Shown: positions 53,446-61,401 of the stretch, piece by piece
How positions within the stretch are numbered: the first letter of the stretch is position 1
How the letters are laid out: every line of letters begins with the position of its first letter
Source of the DNA: Myxococcota bacterium
Lineage (GTDB): Bacteria > Myxococcota_A > SURF-8 > G963663525
NCBI GenBank assembly: GCA_963676915.2
Contig: CAXXVK010000010.1
Coordinates: forward strand, 64,001 to 128,000
DNA: 64,000 nucleotides
Direction of reading: 5' to 3'
Position numbers and translations under genes: made by a program
Notes under the pieces: model-generated
The model's database searches: none
Told to the model about the DNA's origin: nothing
What the model saw: only the letters and a program-made list of their open reading frames with translations

Positions 53446-53510
53446 GGAGCCGTTCTCCTTGTTTTCCGGCTTATAAAACCGCTAGCCGGAGGTCGCCGTG
53501 TTGAAAATGT

Positions 53511-53538
53511 CAACAACACTTACTTGGCGAATATTCCC
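53511..53538 (-). promoter_or_regulatory. Putative ECF autoregulatory promoter
   Basis: Minus strand GGGAAT-N18-GTTG, about 65 nt upstream of the sigma start; matches the SigR/SigH-type consensus GGAAT-N18-GTT. Confidence 0.65.
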
Positions 53539-53756
53539 AATCCTACGATTTTTCTTAAGAAATGTCGAAGAACGGGTGTCTTTTTGTGTAAGCTTTCGGT
53601 TTTTAAGGTGTTTTGTTGTTTGTTCGAGGTGGTAATTCATTGTTATTTTGCGATTTTGAGAGAGCACGTTTGGTTCCTGCTCCGCACGTTTGGTACTGGT
53701 ACCCTTTCGCCTTCAACGATCAAGTTTCTGACCTATCCGTGAAGGCGGATAATCCC

Positions 53757-53944
53757 GTAGGTCAGGCACATTTTTAGCCCTACACAGCTTGCTGATAAAG
53801 TGGTTTTGACGTTTCTGAACTTCAATAATTTCAATAAGTTACAGCGGAAAAATGTTCGAAGTGGGGTTTGTCAATTGCCTGGGCCGGGCTGATTTTTTAA
53901 CCCGACACTTTGGCATTGTCGGGCAAGAAATTTGCCCGACCTAC
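53757..53944. repeat. Cluster of three GTAG-type REPs (second family) around an IHF-like site
   Basis: GTAGGTCGGGCAAATTTCTTGCCCGACA (minus, 53917-53944); a 23/28 copy on plus at 53757-53784; a degenerate plus copy at 53879-53907; TTTCAATAAGTTA at 53829-53841. Confidence 0.7.
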
Positions 53945-54085
53945 GCGAGACTTCGATAGATTTGTTGTTTTTGTACGAGGTGTGGATTCGTCGTTGTTTT
54001 GTGATCTTGAGGGAGCAGGATTGCATCCCCGTCCTTCGACAAGGAAATATCGTTTTGTGTAAGCCCCTGTTTTTTAATCATAAAT

Positions 54086-55531
54086 TTATTCGAAACGCAG
54101 CAAGGCTCGATCTTCCGTACCTGGAACCGGCAGACGAGAATCCAGCTTCGGAACCGGGGCTGTAAATTCGTCTTCAGGCAGCCATTCGAAGGTGACCCGA
54201 ACCATTTGTCCATTGGGGAAGTTTTGGGTAGGTTGTCGCGTATCGAAACAGAGGTCCGGGGTTTTTAACGACCCGTTTTCAAGTATGAATTTTGGTAGAA
54301 TCTCGTCGGATTTTCTGTTGTGTCGGTAGGACCAAAGTGCCGTGAAGCGTGCGTTGGGAACAGACTGACGGACAAGGCAACGTCCCAGCACTTCCAAGCC
54401 TTCCAGCATTTCGTCGAGAGCGTCGGGTTGGATGGATGAGCCGTCGGTTTCGGGATAGGCAAGCCGGAACTTGCCTAAAAAACGACCTTCTCGGATTTTA
54501 CCGGAACGTTTCGAAAACAGGACGGTTTCTACGGGAAGAGCGTCCCCGTTTCGCCAGATCCACAGTCCTTTCGGTAACAGGCGAGGAGTGAAAACCTGCT
54601 GCATCTGCCGATGTCCATCGTTCTCCCAACGCACGATTTCCACCGCTTTTCCGTTTTCGTAGCGTCTTTGTTCCGTAGTCCGACCTTCGGTGTTTTGGCA
54701 GGTCCATGTACCGACCGGTGTTCCTCGACCGTCCCAGGTCATTTGACAGGCCGGTTTTCGGGAGTCGCCATCATAGGTAAAGCGCCTCCAGCGCGTAGCG
54801 AATCCGAACGAATAGGAAGCTTGTTGCAGGACTCGTCCTTTCTGATCGAGCGCTACCCAGTCGCCGTGGGGACGGTCGAAGGCGTCAACGGGTCGGATTT
54901 GCTGGCTACCATCCTGGAAACTCCGTGGCAGGGCTACAAGTCGCACACGTCGTGTGACGGCCCCCTCTATCGGGTCGATCAGGACAGCTTCTTCGTCGCA
55001 GGTGATAATCTGCAACTGCTTGAAATCAGGTCCGAAACCGATGCTCTCCAGCGGGGTTTGCTCGCAATGGGGGGAGGTTCTGCGTTCGGCTGGGACGATA
55101 TCTCCCAAACGAAACTGTCGAAACAGGTGATTCTCATGATACAGACGCAGGATGATACGCTCGTCCATTTCCGGGCAGCTTCCTGACGGGGAAACACAAT
55201 TCACCGGTCCCAGGTAATCGGCTATAACACTTCCCGTAGCTTCGATAAACAGCCGGTGGGGAGTCCACGAAAACGTGGAGATCAGACGGCAGTGTTTACC
55301 CGAGCGTTTCCAGATGCGCCCCTGGGGAATCGCTTGCGGCCCGTAGGTGACTTCGTAAGACTGTCGCCCTCTGCCGCAGGTAACGGGTACCGGCTCGGTG
55401 AGGTTTTCTTTCTCTTTCGGCAAGGTGCATAGCGGCGAAGGTTCGGCATGGATGGACGTAGAGAACAAGGCCAGCAAAACCCAGCCCAGTACCCCCGACA
55501 TCAGCCTGTAATTCAGCGGCATTGCGCCCAC
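54086..55531 (-). CDS. Secreted hypothetical protein with MORN-variant-like repeats
   Basis: Signal peptide (LLALFSTSIHA), Cys-rich N-terminal part, and repeats HGDWVALDQKGRVLQQASY / VGTWTCQNTEGRTTEQRRYENGK. Overlaps the envC stop. Confidence 0.6.
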   Translation of the reverse strand: MGAMPLNYRLMSGVLGWVLLALFSTSIHAEPSPLCTLPKEKENLTEPVPVTCGRGRQSYEVTYGPQAIPQGRIWKRSGKHCRLISTFSWTPHRLFIEATGSVIADYLGPVNCVSPSGSCPEMDERIILRLYHENHLFRQFRLGDIVPAERRTSPHCEQTPLESIGFGPDFKQLQIITCDEEAVLIDPIEGAVTRRVRLVALPRSFQDGSQQIRPVDAFDRPHGDWVALDQKGRVLQQASYSFGFATRWRRFTYDGDSRKPACQMTWDGRGTPVGTWTCQNTEGRTTEQRRYENGKAVEIVRWENDGHRQMQQVFTPRLLPKGLWIWRNGDALPVETVLFSKRSGKIREGRFLGKFRLAYPETDGSSIQPDALDEMLEGLEVLGRCLVRQSVPNARFTALWSYRHNRKSDEILPKFILENGSLKTPDLCFDTRQPTQNFPNGQMVRVTFEWLPEDEFTAPVPKLDSRLPVPGTEDRALLRFE

Positions 55532-56646
55532 TCTTCCGGATTTTGCGGTCTGCCTTTTTTACGGATTTCGAAGTACAGGCCCGGTGCGTCCAGGCTGCCG
55601 GTGGCTCCTACATAGCCGATGACATCCCCTGTTGCGACCTCGACGCCTTGCGGTTGCGCGATGGATTGCAGGTTGGCGAACAAGGTATGGTAACCGGAGC
55701 CGTGGTCGAGAATGATCAGGTTTCCGTAGCCTTTGAAGCGTCCCGCAAACCGTACCACACCTTTGGAAACGGCCCGGACGGGGCGACCGGCCGGAGCCTT
55801 GATCTTGATACCGCGATGGTATACGGGGCCGTAGTCGGTTTCCTCATTGCCAAAAAATTCGACGATCCGACCTTTGACGGGACAGGGCAGCTCTCCTTTA
55901 CTGGAGGCGAATGCGACTTCTCGTTTCTTTTCGGGCATTTTGCGAATTTTTCGCGCCAATTCCCGACTGGCTTTTTTTCTTTCTTTTTCATAGCGTCGGC
56001 GCAGTTTCTCGCTACCCCGGATTTCTTTCAGCATCGATTTGCGATGCGCTACGCCCTGTTGCATCACGGCCAGCTTTTGTTCCAGTTTTTGGACGGTTTG
56101 CTCGGCCTGTGTCTTGGCTTCCAGAGATTTATCATGAGCCATGCGAGCTTCAGCAACGGAATCGAAGTACGAACGGAAGGTCTGTTCGTCGTGCTTCATC
56201 AGGCGATTCATGTAAAAGTTACGCAAGCTGTAGTCTGCAACGCCTTCCGAGCCGAAAAGGAATTCCGCCTCGGCAACGCGCCCGGTCATATAGGCGGCAC
56301 GCAGTCGCTGGATGACACGCTTTTTCAAGGTTTTCATTTGTTCGACACGATTTTTGTATTCTTTCTCGGCGTCTTCGCTGAGTTTTTTAAGTTCCGTTAC
56401 CCGTTGGCGACCTTTTCGGGTTTCCTCGGCGGCTTGTTCGAGCCAGCGTTCCCATTTATCCAGTTCTTCGAGCAAAGACGTTTCTTTTTGCGTCAGATCG
56501 GCCATTTTCGGCAGATTCTCGGAGGTTGCTTGCGGGGGTTCCTCGGCCCACAGTTGTGCCGTCAACATCAGAATGCAGAAAAAAAGCGGAATAAGGAAAA
56601 TTTTTCGAGGTGAAACCACGGTATTCCCGAAGAAAAAAGAAAGCAT
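55513..56646 (-). CDS. envC: Murein hydrolase activator EnvC-like (coiled coil + M23 domain)
   Basis: Signal peptide, long coiled coil, then HRGIKI, GYGNLIILDHG, YHTLFANL and LYFEIR (degenerate M23). Downstream of ftsEX; start is ATG 56646 or GTG 56619. Confidence 0.85.
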   Translation of the reverse strand: MLSFFFGNTVVSPRKIFLIPLFFCILMLTAQLWAEEPPQATSENLPKMADLTQKETSLLEELDKWERWLEQAAEETRKGRQRVTELKKLSEDAEKEYKNRVEQMKTLKKRVIQRLRAAYMTGRVAEAEFLFGSEGVADYSLRNFYMNRLMKHDEQTFRSYFDSVAEARMAHDKSLEAKTQAEQTVQKLEQKLAVMQQGVAHRKSMLKEIRGSEKLRRRYEKERKKASRELARKIRKMPEKKREVAFASSKGELPCPVKGRIVEFFGNEETDYGPVYHRGIKIKAPAGRPVRAVSKGVVRFAGRFKGYGNLIILDHGSGYHTLFANLQSIAQPQGVEVATGDVIGYVGATGSLDAPGLYFEIRKKGRPQNPEEWAQCR

Positions 56647-56647
56647 C

Positions 56648-56825
56648 AACCCGGAACATTCATGAAAATCGTAGCGAGACGCCGGAAACCGAAGAACTTT
56701 CGCGAAGTTGGAGCGATTTTCACCCGCAGGCATACTGGAAAGTCTGTCGAGGATGAAAATCGGGAAACGAGTGAAAGATCGAGAGTTTTCAAGTCGGAGT
56801 AGATTCTTCATGAATATTCCGGGTT
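56648..56825. mobile_element. Palindromic MITE-like repeat, copy 1 (178 bp)
   Basis: TIRs AACCCGGAACATTCATGAA / TTCATGAATATTCCGGGTT, nested internal stems, homologous to 61037-61215. Confidence 0.82.
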
Positions 56826-57723
56826 AGGCCGCTCTCTGGAGAAATCTCGACACCGCTGCCGCCGCCGAAACCGCACCCAGCACGATCCCGAACAGGATCA
56901 CCAATCCGCACCACGACAGCGGCAGAAACTCGGGGTTGAAATCGGTGAACACGGTTCGCAACGCTTCTCCGGCGGCATTGCGTATCGCCAGATGCATCAG
57001 GCCGAGCAATCCAAGCCCCAAAAATGCACCGAGCAATCCCTGAATCGCACCTTCCACAACGTACGGCGCTCCGATAAACCCACCCGTCGCACCGACGAGC
57101 CGTAGAATTTCCACTTCCTCGACACGAGCATACAGGCGCATTCGCACCATGCTGGAAACCAGAAACGCCAAGGCGGCCGAGACGCCCAGCCCCAAAAGCA
57201 GTCCTGCCAGCTTGAACAGCGCCAAAAAGGCGTTGAGTTTGTTGAACACCTCATGCCCGAACACAACCTCGTCCACGCCCTCTAACTCGCTGAGTTTCCG
57301 AGTGAAATCATCAAGTTCCTCTGTCTCGTCCACCCAGGGTTTCAAGACGATTTCGAAACTTCGCGGAAAAGGGTTTTCGTCGATGCCGTCGAGGATATAT
57401 TGACGACCGGGGAATTTCTGTAAAAACAGCGTTTTGGCCTGTTCGGCATTGATAAACGTCCATTCCACGGCTTCTTCCATTGCCGAAAACTGGGCCTGGA
57501 GATGTTCCACCCGAGCGTCGTCGGCGTCCGCATCGAGAAAGACGTGGACTTTGATCGAGCGGGTCCAGCTTTGGCTGGCGCGTTCGAGGTTGAAAGCCGC
57601 CAGCAGAAACGATTGCAAAAGCAACAGGCATACGGCGATGACCGAAAGGCTCATCGCGGTGGGCCAGGGTTCCCGCACGAGCGACTTGATCGCCCGGCCA
57701 ATGTGCTGGGTCAGCGTTTTCAC
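56824..57723 (-). CDS. ftsX: Cell division permease FtsX
   Basis: Four TMs; ENPFPRSFEI, LEGVDEV and EVEILRLVGATGGFIGAPYVVEG motifs; follows ftsE. Confidence 0.92.
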   Translation of the reverse strand: MKTLTQHIGRAIKSLVREPWPTAMSLSVIAVCLLLLQSFLLAAFNLERASQSWTRSIKVHVFLDADADDARVEHLQAQFSAMEEAVEWTFINAEQAKTLFLQKFPGRQYILDGIDENPFPRSFEIVLKPWVDETEELDDFTRKLSELEGVDEVVFGHEVFNKLNAFLALFKLAGLLLGLGVSAALAFLVSSMVRMRLYARVEEVEILRLVGATGGFIGAPYVVEGAIQGLLGAFLGLGLLGLMHLAIRNAAGEALRTVFTDFNPEFLPLSWCGLVILFGIVLGAVSAAAAVSRFLQRAA

Positions 57724-57728
57724 GTCGG

Positions 57729-58409
57729 TTATTCGTCCTCCATCGGTACGGGGCGCGAGTCGGTGGCAACGTGTCCCCCGCTTAGTTTGATGACTCTCTG
57801 GTAACTATCGGTATACAGGGAAGAATCGTGGGTAGCGACCACGACCGTTGCGCCTTTTCGGTGGGCGTCGTGGATCAGGTCCATCACGCCTCGGGCGGAT
57901 TCGTCGTCCAGGTTGCCTGTGGGTTCGTCCGCCAACAGAATTTTGGGCTGACCGACCATCGCCCGCGCCACCGATACTCGTTGCTGCTCACCGCCGCTGA
58001 GTTGCGGAGGATAGCTAAGTAAGCGATTTTCCAGGCCGACGGAGCGCAGCACGTGTTCGACCCGCTTGCGGATATCTTTGGAACCGACGCCCTGGACCTC
58101 CAACGTAACCGCCACGTTTTCGAATACGTTACGGTTGGCTATCAGCTTGAAGTCCTGAAAGACCACGCCGATTTCCCGCCGAAGCAGAGGCAGTTTCCGG
58201 CCAATACGTCCAAGGTGACGGCCATGAATCAATACCTGCCCGCCGGTGATTTTTTCGGCTCCGAAAATGAGTTTCAGCAGTGTGGATTTTCCCGCACCGC
58301 TAACGCCGGTCAAAAAAGCGAACTCGCCTTCTTTGATACGCAAGGTAAGGCTGTCCAGGATGTTTTGTCCCGGTTGATAGGCTTTGCAAACTGAATACAG
58401 ACGAATCAT
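57729..58409 (-). CDS. ftsE: Cell division ATP-binding protein FtsE
   Basis: GVSGAGKSTLLKLI, IGVVFQDFKL, LSGGEQQRV, LLADEPTGNLD and ATHD motifs. Confidence 0.95.
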   Translation of the reverse strand: MIRLYSVCKAYQPGQNILDSLTLRIKEGEFAFLTGVSGAGKSTLLKLIFGAEKITGGQVLIHGRHLGRIGRKLPLLRREIGVVFQDFKLIANRNVFENVAVTLEVQGVGSKDIRKRVEHVLRSVGLENRLLSYPPQLSGGEQQRVSVARAMVGQPKILLADEPTGNLDDESARGVMDLIHDAHRKGATVVVATHDSSLYTDSYQRVIKLSGGHVATDSRPVPMEDE

Positions 58410-58674
58410 CTAAGGTGTTACCTGGTTCGTTCGAAGGCTGAGGTTTTCTCGATTGTCGTAAGATTTCGGCGAAATGCAAGTTTTTCCGAAGATGTGGCGG
58501 TTTCTTCTTTGGAATTGGTGCTCTTCGCTTATCCCTGTGATCATGACTTGAGCCGTTTCAAACCTTTTGCACTTTTACTTGTATCACGGTAAAAGTGTGA
58601 CACACAAGCATGGAATTTTCCTAAATTCACCAGAGCCAAAAACAGGTACGAAATTCAATGCAAAGAGCGAATCT

Positions 58675-59307
58675 ATGAGCAGCCCTGAAAACGAAAAAGA
58701 CCGAAGTGGCCATCCGTCGTCCGATGAATTTCTTCTCCAAGCCGCAACGCTTCAAAGACAATCCGAGCAGGTGTTATCCAAACTTGATCTTATAGGACGC
58801 TGGAGTCGGGTGGGTCGCGTGGTGAGTGTCGGTTCTTCCCGGTTTGGTCTGATGACTTCTCCCAATCTGGATTTTGAAATTTACGTCGAAAAACCGGCCA
58901 TCGATATCGGATTCGATACGATTCGAGATCTTGCCGGAATTTCCGGGGTGGAATCCGTTGTATACAGAAATTTCATGGGGACGCCCGATCCGGGCTTGTA
59001 CTGGAGAATCGATTACCGCGATATCGAAGGAAAACTGTGGGATATCGATCAATGGCTTGTGCCTTTTGATCATCCTCATACCGGTATGGCCGAACGCTTC
59101 GTTGATTCTATGTGCCGTGTTTTGACGGATACAACCCGAAAAACCATTCTTGAAATCAAGTCGGCTCGTCCTGAACTGGGATCGTTTCGCGGTATCGATG
59201 CCTATATGGCGGTTATTCGCGATCATGTCTCCGGAGTGGAGGAATTCAGAGACTGGCTTAAAAAAAATCCGCCCGTATTCGAACGAATCGAAACATGGTG
59301 TCCGTAA
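58675..59307 (+). CDS. Hypothetical protein, probable nucleotidyltransferase fold
   Basis: VGSSRFGLMTSPNLDFEIY resembles the hGS-x-DhD motif; later WDIDQW. Start ATG 58675 is a best guess. Confidence 0.55.
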   Translation: MSSPENEKDRSGHPSSDEFLLQAATLQRQSEQVLSKLDLIGRWSRVGRVVSVGSSRFGLMTSPNLDFEIYVEKPAIDIGFDTIRDLAGISGVESVVYRNFMGTPDPGLYWRIDYRDIEGKLWDIDQWLVPFDHPHTGMAERFVDSMCRVLTDTTRKTILEIKSARPELGSFRGIDAYMAVIRDHVSGVEEFRDWLKKNPPVFERIETWCP

Positions 59308-59413
59308 AAAAACAAAACCGCCCATTTTTCCATTACATTTTCTGAAACGTCACTTGTGTTTTTTTAAGACGAATTGGGTGATTTTCTACCCATTTCCTGA
59401 AAAGTCTCTCCAC

Positions 59414-59442
59414 TTGACGTACGTCTGTTGCTTGATTACAAT
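59414..59442 (+). promoter_or_regulatory. Putative sigma70 promoter of the TlpA-like gene
   Basis: TTGACG-N17-TACAAT. Confidence 0.65.
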
Positions 59443-59512
59443 ACACCTGCACGTGAGAGACAAATGTCGAAATCTTGGGGAATTTTCAACGGATGCACGG
59501 AGAGAGAAACCG

Positions 59513-60223
59513 ATGAGACCTAAGTGGTTTATCCCGCTATTGTTGTTGCTTTTTGTAGTTCCCGGTTCCGCTTTGGCCCAGTTCAAAGTCAAGACCGGCG
59601 AGCATGTCCAGTCTTTCGGTTTGAAACCGTTGTGTGTCGATAAAGGCGAGCGTCCCAAGTTCGTTTTCGTGGATACGTATGTCGGTGAAAATGCCAAGCG
59701 TCCCGTAAAAATTCTCTGGGTGGCTTTTTTCGCTTCCTGGTGTGAACCCTGCAAAAAAGAGCTACCGAAGCTTAACGAGTTGTACAAAGCCTACAAAGAT
59801 CAGGGGTTGCAGGTGTTGGCGATCAACATCGACAAAGACCCCGACGAAATCGCCAAGGCCCGTGAGATCGTAAAAGCTATCGCACCCGAGTTCCCTGTGT
59901 TGTCGGACAAAATGCAAATCGTCACGCGGCGGTATTTCGATACGGAAAAATCGATTTCCCTGCCTGCGAACCTGGTTATTGATTCCGATGGCGCGATTCT
60001 TTCCACGTTGGCCGGAGCCGATCAAAAACAATTGACGGAGATGGAATCCCTCGTTCGCGAAAAGATCGGGGCAAAGCCAATTTCCGGCAAAGATCGGGGG
60101 TTTTTGTTCATCGACATGAACGGTGAATCCAAAGCGAAATCCAAGATTAAAAAGAATAAAGCGAAGAAAAATCGGAAAAAGAGTCATCGGAAGACCACTC
60201 GAAAAAGTGCGAAGCGGGAGTGA
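59513..60223 (+). CDS. TlpA/ResA-family thiol-disulfide oxidoreductase, secreted, with a basic C-terminal tail
   Basis: Signal peptide (GSALA), FFASWCEPCKKELP, VLAINID and cis-Pro region LPANLVID; Lys/Arg-rich tail. Confidence 0.88.
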   Translation: MRPKWFIPLLLLLFVVPGSALAQFKVKTGEHVQSFGLKPLCVDKGERPKFVFVDTYVGENAKRPVKILWVAFFASWCEPCKKELPKLNELYKAYKDQGLQVLAINIDKDPDEIAKAREIVKAIAPEFPVLSDKMQIVTRRYFDTEKSISLPANLVIDSDGAILSTLAGADQKQLTEMESLVREKIGAKPISGKDRGFLFIDMNGESKAKSKIKKNKAKKNRKKSHRKTTRKSAKRE

Positions 60224-60239
60224 AAAGCCAAGAAACGGC

Positions 60240-60268
60240 TTGACGTACGGTGCTAAATCTCCCACAAT
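60240..60268 (+). promoter_or_regulatory. Putative sigma70 promoter of the lipoprotein gene
   Basis: TTGACG-N17-CACAAT. Confidence 0.5.
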
Positions 60269-60395
60269 TTCAAGAGCGTAGAGAAAATTCGGCCTTATGC
60301 CGGAAAAAAATTAAACAAAACATGCGTTTGTCCGGTCAAAGAAGTGACCCGGAAACGAAAACTCTTTGAGATTCATTCTTCAAAAGGAGATTCAA

Positions 60396-60896
60396 ATGCG
60401 TACGATTTTGGTTTTGGGGCTGATTTTAGGATTGGGACTGGTAGGCTGTGCCAAAGCGCCGGAGGGACGTACGGTCGATATGAGCAACACCGCCCAGACG
60501 AATCTGCCCAAACTGATCGTTCAGAAAATGAACGGATCGGATGTCAACGATGGGTTGCGCACGAACCTGACCAATTTGTTCTGCACCGAACTGGCCGCCC
60601 AGAAAACCTACGAAGTGATTTGCGCCGACGAAGCCGCCGCCATCATGCAGCAGTCCACCACTGGAGCTTTGATGGGTTCCTGCGATGACGAAGACTGCCT
60701 GGATAGCATCGAGAAAACGATGCAGTCCGATTTCACCGTTTCTTCCACGGTGGGCAAAAGCGACAATGGGTACGTGCTGACCGCCGGAATCATGAACAAC
60801 GCAGCGAAACGTGTCGTCAAGCGTGGCGAATATATTGTGTACAGCGAAGACGACCTCGTCGAAGGCGTTCGCAAACTGGCGGCAAGCCTGAAGTAA
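60396..60896 (+). CDS. Lipoprotein of unknown function (TolB-N/DUF2380-like fold possible)
   Basis: AAGGAG RBS, lipobox LVGC and GSCDDEDCL motif. Confidence 0.7.
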   Translation: MRTILVLGLILGLGLVGCAKAPEGRTVDMSNTAQTNLPKLIVQKMNGSDVNDGLRTNLTNLFCTELAAQKTYEVICADEAAAIMQQSTTGALMGSCDDEDCLDSIEKTMQSDFTVSSTVGKSDNGYVLTAGIMNNAAKRVVKRGEYIVYSEDDLVEGVRKLAASLK

Positions 60897-61036
60897 TCCG
60901 GCGCAATTCCGGGTCGAGCGGCCGTTGTTTGTTTGGAACGAACGGGGCGTATTTTGCCCTGTGATGTGTCGTATACGGCTCTGATATGGAAGGTTTTTCG
61001 TTACGGACCTCGAATAGAGGTCCGTTTTTTCGTCTT

Positions 61037-61215
61037 AACCTGAGAATTCATGAAAGATCGTTGCGAGACGCAGGAAACCGAAGAACTTTCATGAAGTTGG
61101 AGCGATTTTTTAGCGGAAGCAACCTTGACAGGTTGTTGAGTATAAAAAATCGTGAAACGAGTGAAAGATCGAGAGTTTTCAAGTCTCAGTAGATTTTTGA
61201 TGAATTATTCAGGTT
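61037..61215. mobile_element. Palindromic MITE-like repeat, copy 2 (179 bp)
   Basis: TIRs AACCTGAGAATTCAT / ATGAATTATTCAGGTT; shares an identical 32-nt block GAAACGAGTGAAAGATCGAGAGTTTTCAAGTC with copy 1. Confidence 0.82.
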
Positions 61216-61401
61216 AAATCAAAGGATTCTGGAATTTCGTCAGGATTCGTGGCAGCATGGTTGTACCAATGGAAGCCCTACGAAATTAGGCTTTTAGTCA
61301 TTCAAGCCCTTTTTTACGTTCATGTTTCGCCGAGTCGGAAGACCCGACGGGAACCCCGGTTGAGGTTCAAAACTTCGAGGCGGGGTACAGGCAGGAAAAT
61401 C

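Noticed and set aside
61125-61146. TTGACA and TATAAA inside element copy 2 as an outward promoter
   Set aside because: Spacer is only 10 nt, and TTGACA sits in the variable apical loop absent from copy 1.
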